The translations under genes and the position numbers were made by a program. Under the pieces are notes generated by a model, which was given only the letters and a program-made list of their open reading frames with translations, had not been told where the DNA came from and did no database searches. A stretch of 64,000 nt of DNA from Escherichia phage naam, in the sequence record MN850630.1; one strand, given 5' to 3'. The number at the start of each line of letters is the position of its first letter. The stretch's first letter is position 1. Positions 27,297-36,257 of the stretch are shown piece by piece.

Positions 27297-27650
27297 ATGA
27301 TCAGCGGGGCAAGTTTTATTATTGGCGCTATTGCTACGGCTTTAATTGTAAACAAGATCCAATCTAAAAACGAAAAAGATAGCAACGCCCTTACAGAATA
27401 CCCGTTTTGGGTATTCAACGACAATGAAGACTATATTATCAAGTACAAGAATGAGAAGGGCGACCAGGTAACACCGCGACCGATCCCGGCTTACAAGATG
27501 CAAGAAACACTATACCGCCTAAAGGCTGGAGGCGCAAAAATCGTAGACTTTTGGGGATACGATCACACAGATCAGGAAGTTATAAAGCGCCGTATCCGGG
27601 CTATTCAGGCCAATATTGAAGTTAGCAAGGGGGGAATATATGAAGATTAA
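27297..27650 (+). CDS. hypothetical membrane protein
   Basis: ATG after AAAGGAGAAAG; N-terminal helix ASFIIGAIATALIV; track ORF 27234..27650. Confidence 0.55.
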   Translation: MISGASFIIGAIATALIVNKIQSKNEKDSNALTEYPFWVFNDNEDYIIKYKNEKGDQVTPRPIPAYKMQETLYRLKAGGAKIVDFWGYDHTDQEVIKRRIRAIQANIEVSKGGIYED

Positions 27651-27837
27651 TTTTGAGAAGATTGTAAAGCGATCTCATGATTCCGAAGAGCTGCCGGAAC
27701 GCCGCCAGCGCAACAATAAACTGAATAAGCCAAAAAGATTTGGGAAGATCTGGCGGAATCATTATGATCGCAAATTACCGGGCCTGCTTTTGGAACGTGA
27801 ACGACAGGCGGAACGATACCGCCACAAAGGCAAATAA
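27640..27837 (+). CDS. hypothetical basic protein
   Basis: ATG after GGGGGGA; Arg/Lys-rich; track ORF 27616..27837. Confidence 0.45.
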   Translation: MKINFEKIVKRSHDSEELPERRQRNNKLNKPKRFGKIWRNHYDRKLPGLLLERERQAERYRHKGK

Positions 27838-27845
27838 CAACCAAC

Positions 27846-27874
27846 GCCCCGCCATTGTGCGGGGCTTTTTATTT
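27846..27874 (+). terminator. rho-independent terminator
   Basis: Stem gccccgc / gcggggc with cattgt loop, then TTTTTATTT. Confidence 0.7.
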
Positions 27875-28018
27875 CTATCCTACGAATAGCGCCCCTGGTT
27901 GGCCCTGTAAGCGCCAAAAAGGCCCCACCTATACAATCGCCCCCCTTTAACCTGAAAACATCGCTTAGGGCCGTTTTATGGCGTTAAAAATATCATTGAC
28001 AGTGATTTTATTTAAAGC

Positions 28019-28046
28019 TTGACATCTTAAACAGGTTAGCTATACT
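28019..28046 (+). promoter_or_regulatory. sigma70-like promoter
   Basis: TTGACA, 16-bp spacer, TATACT; a second TTGACA lies 23 bp upstream. Confidence 0.55.
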
Positions 28047-28078
28047 AACCACATCAAAGAGAGAAAGGAGTAAACGCC

Positions 28079-28339
28079 ATGCGTAAATTAAAAAATTTTG
28101 ATAAAGTTGATGTTGTCCTGAATAATTTTTACTACTGCAACAACAAGGCCATTTGGTGGCGTGATAGTTCCACCGATAAAGTTAAAGCTCGCTTTCTCCA
28201 AGGGCACTGGCAAGGCCGTCCAGTGATTAAAATACTGGGGCAACTGGTAGCGTTTAAAAATTGCCGCCGTGTTGATGACGTTGAAGAGATCTTGAACATT
28301 TTACGCCACAATAATTTAAAAAATAGTGTTGACAAGTAA
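28079..28339 (+). CDS. hypothetical protein
   Basis: AAAGGAG RBS; 86 aa. Confidence 0.6.
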   Translation: MRKLKNFDKVDVVLNNFYYCNNKAIWWRDSSTDKVKARFLQGHWQGRPVIKILGQLVAFKNCRRVDDVEEILNILRHNNLKNSVDK

Positions 28340-28356
28340 ATCTCGATAAGTATACT
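28329..28356 (+). promoter_or_regulatory. sigma70-like promoter with 5' leader hairpin
   Basis: TTGACA, 16-bp spacer, TATACT; leader GGCGGGAAAACTTCCCGCC. Confidence 0.55.
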
Positions 28357-28413
28357 TAAACACACAGGCGGGAAAACTTCCCGCCACTAACAAAGAAAAT
28401 AGGAGAAAATATC

Positions 28414-29037
28414 ATGACCACCGTTAACATTACCACAGGTTACAATTTATCTTTCGACGTGCTGACCGACGAACAAAAAGAAAAAGCTATTGAAATGGTC
28501 CGCGAAAGAGAAGAACACAGCGGGGATAATTTTTTTGCAGAAAGTGTAATTGAACACTATAAAGAATATGTCTTTCCAGAGTACGGCCTTGAAGATACCG
28601 AAGTACGTTGGTCCGGCTTTTGGTGTCAAGGCGATGGCGCGTCAATCAGTGCTGAAAACGTGGATTTAGAAAAATTCTTGCGTAAAGTAAAGGCCCTGAC
28701 CAAGTTCCGATCAATTCGTCACTTGTTCGGCACAATGCACGATGGCGAGTTATCAGCCAGTGTTGAACGTATCCCGTTTAGCCATTATCATCACGAAAAC
28801 ACAATAGGAGGGTGCATCGATACTAATTGGCTAGACCTGACCACCAAGCAAGAGGACAAAGTTGAAGAGCTGGAAGAGCTGATCACCGAGACGGTACGGG
28901 AGCTATCACGCAAGGTTTACGTAGACCTGGAGGAGGCCTATCTTGAACAGTTTACTACCGAAAACCTGATCGGCCTTATTGAAGCCAATGATTGGCGGTT
29001 TGATGTGGATGAATATGGGGAGATGAGTTTTTCATAA
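28414..29037 (+). CDS. hypothetical protein
   Basis: TAGGAGA RBS; 207 aa. Confidence 0.65.
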   Translation: MTTVNITTGYNLSFDVLTDEQKEKAIEMVREREEHSGDNFFAESVIEHYKEYVFPEYGLEDTEVRWSGFWCQGDGASISAENVDLEKFLRKVKALTKFRSIRHLFGTMHDGELSASVERIPFSHYHHENTIGGCIDTNWLDLTTKQEDKVEELEELITETVRELSRKVYVDLEEAYLEQFTTENLIGLIEANDWRFDVDEYGEMSFS

Positions 29038-29045
29038 ATAAAGTG

Positions 29046-29073
29046 TTGCAATAATCTAAAAACCTGCTATATT
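29046..29073 (+). promoter_or_regulatory. sigma70-like promoter
   Basis: TTGCAA, 16-bp spacer, TATATT; leader hairpin GGGGCGAGATGACTTGCCCC. Confidence 0.45.
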
Positions 29074-29127
29074 AAAAACTCAAGGGGCGAGATGACTTGC
29101 CCCCCACAAAACAAAGAGGAAAACATC

Positions 29128-29508
29128 ATGAAAAACACTACTAAAGCTATTGACACCGTTATGTTTAACCTGGTTACATTCCGTGAAGATATGAAAGATC
29201 TTCCACGTGAAACAGTGTGCGACCATATCGAAAACTATCGCAAACTAATCAAAGAGTTGCCTTTAAAACGTGACCAGTACGCGGCTAACGCTATGCTTAA
29301 CGCCATGATCAAAAAGATGATCCAGTGTGATTTAACTCTGGCCTATGATTATGCAGGCGGTCGTTTTGCAGTATACAATCAGCCCGTGCCCGGTATGAGC
29401 ACCACCGAAGAATTGCACGCGTTAAATCTGAAACAAGATGTATGGGATAACATGCCCCGCGTGGTGGTGTGGGCAGAAAGCGGAAAGATTTACGGCGATA
29501 ATTTTTAA
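29128..29508 (+). CDS. hypothetical protein
   Basis: ATG after AAAGAGGAAAA (track ORF 29092..29508). Confidence 0.6.
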   Translation: MKNTTKAIDTVMFNLVTFREDMKDLPRETVCDHIENYRKLIKELPLKRDQYAANAMLNAMIKKMIQCDLTLAYDYAGGRFAVYNQPVPGMSTTEELHALNLKQDVWDNMPRVVVWAESGKIYGDNF

Positions 29509-29572
29509 TCAGGTAACAGGCGGCATATTTGCCGCCTTATTGTTAAACAGAACTGCAAAAGAGGTACATAGA

Positions 29573-29944
29573 ATGGAATTTATTATTTTGGCTGTAGTAG
29601 TTGCCTTGTTCAACGCCTGGATCGCTGGCAAGATGGGTAGATCCGCCTTTTTATGGTTTATTATATCTATTTTCCTGGGGGTGGTTGCAACTATTGTACT
29701 TGTTATCCTTGCAATTGTTGACAAGGGGAATAATAGAAAGGGTAAAGTATTTTCAGACCTGTACGACGCTCAAACATTTGTCAACGCCTACTACAGCGAT
29801 CTTCCAGTCTCCCTACGTTGCAGCCTTGCACAACAGGTTTTCGATGAAGCTAAAACCAGAGATCACGCCCATGAGATTTGTTTAACTGAGGCGGATCGCC
29901 TATTTGAGAGGAATAGAAAATATGTGGACCAGCCGTTTAAATAA
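29573..29944 (+). CDS. hypothetical membrane protein
   Basis: ATG after AAAGAGG; two hydrophobic helices (FIILAVVVALF, LWFIISIFLGVVATIVLVILAIV); track ORF 29438..29944. Confidence 0.55.
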   Translation: MEFIILAVVVALFNAWIAGKMGRSAFLWFIISIFLGVVATIVLVILAIVDKGNNRKGKVFSDLYDAQTFVNAYYSDLPVSLRCSLAQQVFDEAKTRDHAHEICLTEADRLFERNRKYVDQPFK

Positions 29945-30163
29945 TGCCACGTTAATTAACCCCTTTAGTGAAGATTTGAAGCCAGCCGCCTGGCGGGATG
30001 GATTCAATAACGAAAGCTTTATTTTCAGGCCTGATCTTAAGGAATTTTATAACAATGGATCGAACAACGACAGAGATAATTTTTCTTGTAATGTGCGTGG
30101 TGATAATACTCCTGGGGGCCATTGCAAACCACGTCACTGCTAACAGGAGGAAAGGGGGAGACG

Positions 30164-30283
30164 ATGACACCCAAGGATAAGCCCCGCACCGATAAGGCGC
30201 GCCGTGTTATGGTATGGCTTGAGATCATCGCCCTTGAAATATTGTTAGGCGTAGGGATGTATTTTATCGCTGTAAGTAACTGA
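30164..30283 (+). CDS. small hydrophobic peptide (39 aa; not in ORF track; uncertain)
   Basis: ATG downstream of AGGAGG; hand-translated MTPKDKPRTDKARRVMVWLEIIALEILLGVGMYFIAVSN; ends just before a hairpin. Confidence 0.35.
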   Translation: MTPKDKPRTDKARRVMVWLEIIALEILLGVGMYFIAVSN

Positions 30284-30423
30284 TAACGGCCCCGATCCCT
30301 GGGGCCTAACTTTTCAAATTTTTTTCTCCCTGAGTGTTGCAATCCGATCCAGAATATGGATAATAACAATCAACGGGGAGACACTCCCCACCGCATAGAC
30401 AAAGTTCCAAAAGGAGAAACAAA

Positions 30424-30624
30424 ATGAGCAACAATATCCGCGTTATTAACTTCAAAAAAGAAGAAAAAATTGCCGTGCTGATTGACGGTCAAGAAATCTT
30501 TAAAGGTGATTATGAAGATCATCAAACGGCGATTAGTATCACTCGCGTGATTGGTTACCATAATTTTTACCCTCAAGGCGCTGAGGCAGCAGTAAAACGA
30601 ATTAAAGAGATTGTAGGCCTGTAA
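30424..30624 (+). CDS. hypothetical protein
   Basis: AAAGGAGAAA RBS; 66 aa. Confidence 0.6.
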   Translation: MSNNIRVINFKKEEKIAVLIDGQEIFKGDYEDHQTAISITRVIGYHNFYPQGAEAAVKRIKEIVGL

Positions 30625-30627
30625 AAT

Positions 30628-30671
30628 TTATTTTTAGATGGCCTTGACTCCAGGGCCATCAATAAAGTAAA
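30628..30671 (+). promoter_or_regulatory. conserved 44-bp promoter cassette, copy 3
   Basis: Same palindrome and -35 as copies 1 and 2, with TTGACT. Confidence 0.55.
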
Positions 30672-30715
30672 TTTAAACCCTGTTAAAATAATCAGTGCAA
30701 AAAGGAGTAATGATC

Positions 30716-31015
30716 ATGTTTATCCAGGCTAATAATCTTTATTTCTTTGATGGTCAGATCGTAGACGGCGTGGAGGTGGAAATAACCGGGTGCCCTGGCG
30801 GTCAGGTTATGACTTTTCGGAATAATGCCTTTGATGATTCTCATATCGTTATGAGAATGGAAGTTAGTAAGCTGGATGACAAGAAAACACTTATCGACTA
30901 TTCCGTCAAAGATCATCCAGACTACCACATGATCTATGGTGATTTGTGCATTGTTGACCGTGACAAGGTGAACGGCATTGTTATAGCCATTGTGAACGAT
31001 GTTTTCTCTGAATAA
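30716..31015 (+). CDS. hypothetical protein
   Basis: ATG 8 nt after GGAG (track ORF 30695..31015). Confidence 0.55.
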   Translation: MFIQANNLYFFDGQIVDGVEVEITGCPGGQVMTFRNNAFDDSHIVMRMEVSKLDDKKTLIDYSVKDHPDYHMIYGDLCIVDRDKVNGIVIAIVNDVFSE

Positions 31016-31074
31016 TTCCGGCAAATGATGCAAAATAAGGCCCCTAGCAGGGCCTGCAGCGATATAATCACATA

Positions 31075-31108
31075 AAGGCTATGCGGTTGCATGGCCTTTA
31101 TTATTTTA
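31075..31108 (+). terminator. rho-independent terminator
   Basis: 10-bp stem (aaggctatgc / gcatggcctt, one G-U pair) then TATTATTTT. Confidence 0.6.
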
Positions 31109-31239
31109 GCGTTACAGCGGCCCCAAGGCGCTTAAAAAATTTTTAAAGAAGTACTTGCATCAAGTCCTACAATATGGATAATAGGACGTGTCAGGGGGGC
31201 GGCCCCCAATCATTAACCGGATAGATAGGAGTTAAAATC

Positions 31240-31524
31240 ATGGCTATTGTCACCGTTGGCGATGTAGTGGAAATGGAAGCAAAATACTTAAAAGCGGGTA
31301 TGCATATCCTACGGAATGATCAAGAATTGTTATTAACGATGGTAGACTATAATCCCGGCCAGGATTATCCAAGCATCGACTACTTTTTTGAGTATGTTGA
31401 TGAAGAATTGAAAGAGGATGAGACTTATCAGGGTGAATTCTGCAATTTCTTTTGCCCTGATGAGGTTGTAAAAGTTATCTATCAACCTGGCGTACCTTTC
31501 CCGCTGCACGCTATCAATAAATAA
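31240..31524 (+). CDS. hypothetical protein
   Basis: TAGGAG RBS; 94 aa; followed by hairpin GGCGGGGCC gaaaa GGCCCCCGCC. Confidence 0.6.
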   Translation: MAIVTVGDVVEMEAKYLKAGMHILRNDQELLLTMVDYNPGQDYPSIDYFFEYVDEELKEDETYQGEFCNFFCPDEVVKVIYQPGVPFPLHAINK

Positions 31525-31586
31525 ACCTGGCGGGGCCGAAAAGGCCCCCGCCTGAAATTATGAAAAATAAAAAGAGGCAAACTATC

Positions 31587-31817
31587 ATGATGGAACAAAT
31601 TAAACGCGCTGAGGCTATTAATGGCAATGTGATCTATTTTGTCAGCAATAACGAAAAAGGCGTACCATATGCGGCGGTAATAGTACAGCCTGACGGCAAT
31701 TATTGGTTTACTGTATACGGATCTTATTCTTTCGGGCGTCCGGTGCATGATAGAATTTTAAAAGTAGCGAACCCAACCGGGAAGAATATCACAGCAGAAA
31801 AATTTTTTGAAAAATAG
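31587..31817 (+). CDS. hypothetical protein
   Basis: ATG after AAGAGG (track ORF 31560..31817). Confidence 0.55.
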   Translation: MMEQIKRAEAINGNVIYFVSNNEKGVPYAAVIVQPDGNYWFTVYGSYSFGRPVHDRILKVANPTGKNITAEKFFEK

Positions 31818-31845
31818 TTGACATGGCCTTATAAGACTGTAGAAT
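31818..31845 (+). promoter_or_regulatory. sigma70-like promoter
   Basis: TTGACA, 16-bp spacer, TAGAAT; the track ORF 31818..32072 begins on the -35 TTG. Confidence 0.55.
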
Positions 31846-31892
31846 ATAAATCAAAGGGGCAAGCCCCATCAACGGCAAAGAGGATAAAAATC

Positions 31893-32072
31893 ATGGCTAT
31901 TATTGCAAAGACTGAGATCGTAGGCTTAGATTCTATTCTCCTCGCATATGAGGAAGCTATAGAAATGTATGTGGTTTCCTATGGTGAGTATATCCGTGAA
32001 TATAAATCTATTGATCTGGCTTTTGAATGTTATATTCGCCAGGTTAATAAAGCGTACGATGATTATCGTTAA
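31893..32072 (+). CDS. hypothetical protein
   Basis: ATG after AAAGAGGA, downstream of the promoter; 59 aa. Confidence 0.5.
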   Translation: MAIIAKTEIVGLDSILLAYEEAIEMYVVSYGEYIREYKSIDLAFECYIRQVNKAYDDYR

Positions 32073-32163
32073 AATAGTTTGACAACAAACAACCATCTAA
32101 CAAAGCATAACACATAAGGTGGTAGAATGATCCGCCACCTGGAACAAAGAAGAGGTAAACACC

Positions 32164-32409
32164 ATGAAAAGCAATAAAGGTTATAACGGTTACAAAAACA
32201 AAACTCATTGGAATGTAAGCCTTTGGATTAATAACGATGAGTCCTTGTACCGGTTGGCCCAAGGCTTTATTAACGCTAATGCTAATCGTAATGATGCGGC
32301 GCGGGATATGATGCTTTTTCTGGAGCTAACCGGACAAGATAAGACCCCGGACGGCTTCAAGTACAGCACTACGGCGATCCGTGCCGCGATGGTTGGAATG
32401 AAACACTAA
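32164..32409 (+). CDS. hypothetical protein
   Basis: AAGAGG RBS; 81 aa. Confidence 0.6.
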   Translation: MKSNKGYNGYKNKTHWNVSLWINNDESLYRLAQGFINANANRNDAARDMMLFLELTGQDKTPDGFKYSTTAIRAAMVGMKH

Positions 32410-32486
32410 AAGCACATAGCCGCCTTACCCTGGGGCTGTAGTAGCGGTCCCATGAATAAGGTTACTAACAGAAGAGAATAAACACC

Positions 32487-32591
32487 ATGAAACAGAAATT
32501 AATTGATGCGGTGATCCTGGTTATTGCCCTGGGTATTGGCCTGATTGCAACCATGGCTAATGTGATCTTGTCTTCCAACGGTATCGGGTGA
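32487..32591 (+). CDS. small membrane peptide (34 aa; not in ORF track)
   Basis: ATG after GAAGAGAA; MKQKLIDAVILVIALGIGLIATMANVILSSNGIG. Confidence 0.4.
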   Translation: MKQKLIDAVILVIALGIGLIATMANVILSSNGIG

Positions 32592-32600
32592 GGTTGGCAA

Positions 32601-32816
32601 ATGATCACTAACAAAACAGGCAAAACGGAATTTTTACGCAACTTACAGATCGGCAAGCCTGAGATCTGGTATTGCACTAAAACACCACGTGACGAAATGA
32701 AAGACTTCACCGCCACGCTGCAACGGGTAAAGATATCCATCACGCAGAAAAAGGCCTTATTAGTGGTGGAAGGTGAGATCCCCCAAACCGTTGTTATAGT
32801 TGAACGTACAGCATAG
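32601..32816 (+). CDS. hypothetical protein
   Basis: 71 aa. Confidence 0.5.
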   Translation: MITNKTGKTEFLRNLQIGKPEIWYCTKTPRDEMKDFTATLQRVKISITQKKALLVVEGEIPQTVVIVERTA

Positions 32817-32907
32817 TTTAATTTATACCGATACCTGAAAATTAACCAACAAGGCATAAACAGGCTGTTACCGCCGCCTTAAACGTAGCAGAAAGAGGAT
32901 AGACACA

Positions 32908-33192
32908 ATGAAAAAGATGATCGCAGTGGTTGCCCTGGTTGTTGGACTTAATGCGCCTGTAATGGCTAAAGAGCTGGCAAAAGAGGTTAATCTAACGGAT
33001 ATTCATGCCGTCAATCGAATCGGGGTTACTTATCGCTTATGCCTTGCCGCTAAAACTTTTAAGGACGGCACGACAGAGTACTACGGATTCGAGGGTGTCC
33101 GGTGCGGTGAACTTGCTCGCGACCTTAAGGAAGATCCAGACCTGGAGGATCTGCCCATCACCGTAAACGGGAAAACTTACGTAAACCGTTAA
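32908..33192 (+). CDS. secreted or periplasmic hypothetical protein
   Basis: AAAGAGGA RBS; signal-peptide-like N-terminus MKKMIAVVALVVGLNAPVMA. Confidence 0.6.
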   Translation: MKKMIAVVALVVGLNAPVMAKELAKEVNLTDIHAVNRIGVTYRLCLAAKTFKDGTTEYYGFEGVRCGELARDLKEDPDLEDLPITVNGKTYVNR

Positions 33193-33337
33193 CCATGAGA
33201 AAGATAATTATTACCATGGGGATCGTGGCGGCAATGTTGGCGATCTTTCCCTTTATGGTTAGGTATGTGCTGATTAATGTTGTCCTGGTAGTCAGCGATC
33301 TGGTGTTATATATTAACTCATTGTTTTAGGCGCGATA

Positions 33338-33529
33338 ATGACAGCGGAAGAAGTTAAAAAAGTACTGGCGGTACTGCGTTATCATAATCATTGCAAGGTG
33401 AAGAATGATCCTGATTATCTTGATTCATCCCTTGAAGAGGATACACTACAAGCCATAAGCAACATGCAAGAATTGCTTAAGCGTATGACAGAGAAAAACC
33501 GACCGGACTACATAGGGGGTAAAATATGA
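33338..33529 (+). CDS. hypothetical protein
   Basis: 63 aa. Confidence 0.5.
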   Translation: MTAEEVKKVLAVLRYHNHCKVKNDPDYLDSSLEEDTLQAISNMQELLKRMTEKNRPDYIGGKI

Positions 33530-33837
33530 TCGCTATTACGCCAACCGTTTTAGATTGGTATCGGCAACGCATAGCGCCTCCGCTGGCTATCTTCAAAGAT
33601 GCGGAAGCAAAACAACGCCGGATCTCAATACATGAGATCATCAACCTTAACGCTGGAGGCACACCATACCGCCCAGGACCTGGCCGTGAGATGGACAATA
33701 CGTTAGCGATCCTGAAGATACGCCGTAAACGGTCCTCCCTTACGCTGGACTCATTACACACAATGCAGCCTCCGTTCCAGGTGACCGGGAAACGGATCGC
33801 CAGGTCCTGGACAAAGGCCAATGATCGGACCGTATAA
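33526..33837 (+). CDS. hypothetical protein
   Basis: ATGA coupling; 103 aa. Confidence 0.5.
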   Translation: MIAITPTVLDWYRQRIAPPLAIFKDAEAKQRRISIHEIINLNAGGTPYRPGPGREMDNTLAILKIRRKRSSLTLDSLHTMQPPFQVTGKRIARSWTKANDRTV

Positions 33838-33971
33838 ATAAAAGTGTTTTGGTACTGATTTTGGGGTTGACTTGTTCGGCCCCTTTTGCTATTCTTATTA
33901 AACGGGCGGCACTTGGGAACAGGGGGAGACAATCACCAGGCCTGCCTGTCATATAAGAACTATAAAAACCG

Positions 33972-34000
33972 TTGACATCTGCCATGGGGTGAGGTAACAT
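33972..34000 (+). promoter_or_regulatory. sigma70-like promoter with leader hairpin
   Basis: TTGACA, 17-bp spacer, TAACAT; leader GGGGCAAAAGTGCCC. Confidence 0.5.
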
Positions 34001-34054
34001 TTATCTTGAAGGGGCAAAAGTGCCCACACAACAACCAGAAGAGAGGAAAACATT

Positions 34055-34327
34055 ATGTCAAGCTGGATTAATCAAGAAGTCGAATCACGTTTTAATGCTA
34101 TTTGGGATCTCATCGAAAAAGAGGACGGAACATCAAGCCCTTATCTCAATAATCTTGAATTCCATTTCGTGGAAGCGATGAACGCAGAACATGATCACGA
34201 AGGTGGTGCGGATGAATTCGCTAAAGGATATGGCTTCAACAATGCCAACGAAATGATCGAGGCGGTTGTACTCCAGGCTGAGGAAGATTATCAATTAAAA
34301 ACGCTTGAATTCTGCCGCCGTAAGTAA
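34055..34327 (+). CDS. hypothetical protein
   Basis: AGAGAGGAAAA RBS; 90 aa. Confidence 0.6.
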   Translation: MSSWINQEVESRFNAIWDLIEKEDGTSSPYLNNLEFHFVEAMNAEHDHEGGADEFAKGYGFNNANEMIEAVVLQAEEDYQLKTLEFCRRK

Positions 34328-34389
34328 TAAGATAATGACACGGGCCAAAAGGCCCACTAAACAAAAACCACATAAAGAGGAAAAACATC

Positions 34390-34653
34390 ATGAAACGCCT
34401 TGATCAGCTCAAATTAGTTCAATATATGGCTTATCGTGTTCTTGAAGTCCAGAAAGGTAGCAAAAAAGAGGTTTGCGAGAAAGCTTATAAGATCTTCACT
34501 CGCAAAAAAGATGACTGGATGCTACGCCAGACCAAAAAGGCTGACATCTTGGGGTACCTGGAAGAAGAGATCCGCCTTGAAGAGCAAGAAGAGATCCGCC
34601 GTAGTGAGGCAGATTATCAGGCAGCTTGGGAAAACTGGATGAGCAACAAATAA
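34390..34653 (+). CDS. hypothetical protein
   Basis: AAAGAGGAAAAA RBS; 87 aa. Confidence 0.6.
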   Translation: MKRLDQLKLVQYMAYRVLEVQKGSKKEVCEKAYKIFTRKKDDWMLRQTKKADILGYLEEEIRLEEQEEIRRSEADYQAAWENWMSNK

Positions 34654-34719
34654 TACAACAAGTTACGGTCAGGGGGGTAATAAAGCCCCTTGATCGCATA
34701 AAAATTATGCCATCTCTGG

Positions 34720-34748
34720 TTGACAGGGATCGGCAGTTTTGCTATATT
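34720..34748 (+). promoter_or_regulatory. sigma70-like promoter
   Basis: TTGACA, 17-bp spacer, TATATT. Confidence 0.55.
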
Positions 34749-34797
34749 CTTTTTTGAAGGGAAGTTGTAAGAAAATTAACTAAGAGGTAAAAACACC

Positions 34798-35217
34798 ATG
34801 AACATTAAATCTAATAATCCGGCATATAGCTTTGATAACGCTTTTTGTCACGGTCCGGCGGCGAAAGGATTCGAAATCGATGGTAAACTAATTATTGTCA
34901 ATGTTGACGGGGAAGAGGTTGCAGTATATCCGGTGGCAGACGTAAAAAGCCGTTTACAATGCCGCATGGATGTTACCGCCTATCAGCTTGATCCGGTCCG
35001 CATAGTTGCCCTGGTCCTGGAAGAAGAAATTAAAGCCATGCACCATAGCAACAGATTTATTGGTGACGCGCAGGATAATATGAAAGTATGCCGCCATAAA
35101 GTTAATGAAGTGCTTAAAGAGTACGGCTATAAAGATCTTATGATCAAACGTGAGGAAAAATTCCGCTACCGTAACGACCTGGCAAATCGGATTTTTGAAA
35201 TATACGAATCATTATAA
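34798..35217 (+). CDS. hypothetical protein
   Basis: AAGAGG RBS; 139 aa; last gene of the plus-strand block. Confidence 0.6.
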   Translation: MNIKSNNPAYSFDNAFCHGPAAKGFEIDGKLIIVNVDGEEVAVYPVADVKSRLQCRMDVTAYQLDPVRIVALVLEEEIKAMHHSNRFIGDAQDNMKVCRHKVNEVLKEYGYKDLMIKREEKFRYRNDLANRIFEIYESL

Positions 35218-35235
35218 TTTTTTAACTGAATTATC

Positions 35236-35260
35236 AAGGGGCTTAGGCCCCTTTCTTTTT
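35236..35260 (+). terminator. rho-independent terminator ending the plus-strand block
   Basis: Stem aaggggc / gcccctt then TCTTTTTG. Confidence 0.65.
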
Positions 35261-35878
35261 GTCTGCTCTTCCCCCTACCATAAACGGCCCTACCTGGCAA
35301 GTGGAATAATTGACGAGCCATCAATCCTACACACTGTACAAACATACATGTAAAATAGCTATTGCATAACCTTTCATTGTGTGGTAGCGGTGCTATTTTT
35401 TACCAGTTTTCCTTCCAAAATTGCACGTAATGCCGCTATTGCACAAATTTTAACCTGATGCACATCTCCAATATCTTGTCAACAACTAAAAATCTTTATA
35501 AGTCATACACTTACACAGCATCGAAAGCGTGTTCTACGCGAAAAATCGAGTATAACTATAGCCGCCAGATCTCAGAATTCACGTACGCACGCCATTCTAT
35601 AGCCTGCAAAGTATTTATTCCAACCACAGAATAACGGAATAGTCAATACCTGCATAAAATAATTATTAGTGTAAACTGCATAACATAAATCAGCTCAGGT
35701 GTCAACATTTTTCGTAAACAGTCCGAAATTATCACGATGAGTTATCATAAACAGAGAAATCTTTAGTCGTCTAATGTTTACTGTACATTACTATACTGAC
35801 TGGAATCATTAGATGACTAAGAGAAAGATAAGAAATAATTAATAATGTAATTGTTTTACCTGTAACAATAAGGCAACT

Positions 35879-35898
35879 ATGCAAACGAATGGCATGGC
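35879..35898 (+). repeat. 20-bp direct repeat ATGCAAACGAATGGCATGGC, copy 1
   Basis: Exact second copy at 36140..36159. Confidence 0.7.
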
Positions 35899-36015
35899 GC
35901 GACGGAGTCGCGACATAATATAAAAGCAGTAACCATCACCCCCGTGATAGTTTGTCTGCAATCTATTAATCAGATCATAGTTGCCTTGTATTCAGTTAAT
36001 CATGACATGATAAGC

Positions 36016-36047
36016 AAGGCAACTATAGATCTTCTAATAGTTGCCCT
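36016..36047. repeat. palindromic site GGCAACTAT-N10-ATAGTTGCC
   Basis: Further copies of the arm at about 35870 (AAGGCAACTAT) and 35977 (ATAGTTGCCTT); operator-like or iteron-like. Confidence 0.55.
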
Positions 36048-36170
36048 GCTTTTATATTATGTCATAGAAACACCCGAAGGGGTGACCAAAGGTCACCTGG
36101 CATAGCCAGTGAAAGATTATTAACTTGCTAATAGTTATCATGCAAACGAATGGCATGGCTGATTATCGGT

Positions 36171-36257
36171 GTGTAAACAGTCAATCATGTAAATGGTTAG
36201 CATGTGAACAATCAGAAATGTAAACAATCCAGTGTGTAAACTAATAGGTGTGTAAAA
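36171..36257 (+). repeat. cluster of (G)TGTAAAC(A) repeats
   Basis: GTGTAAACAG, ATGTAAACAA, TGTGTAAAC and GTGTAAAAG within 90 bp; further GTAAACAG at about 35714, 36511 and 37221, and on the minus strand at about 36368. Confidence 0.55.

Noticed and set aside
29922-30180. Two overlapping small ORFs (29922..30143 and 30055..30180)
   Set aside because: They are mutually exclusive, in different frames, with weak start signals; I could not decide between them from sequence alone, so neither is called.
35150-35353. 67-aa ORF at the end of the plus-strand block
   Set aside because: It runs through the terminator hairpin that follows 34798..35217 and has no RBS.
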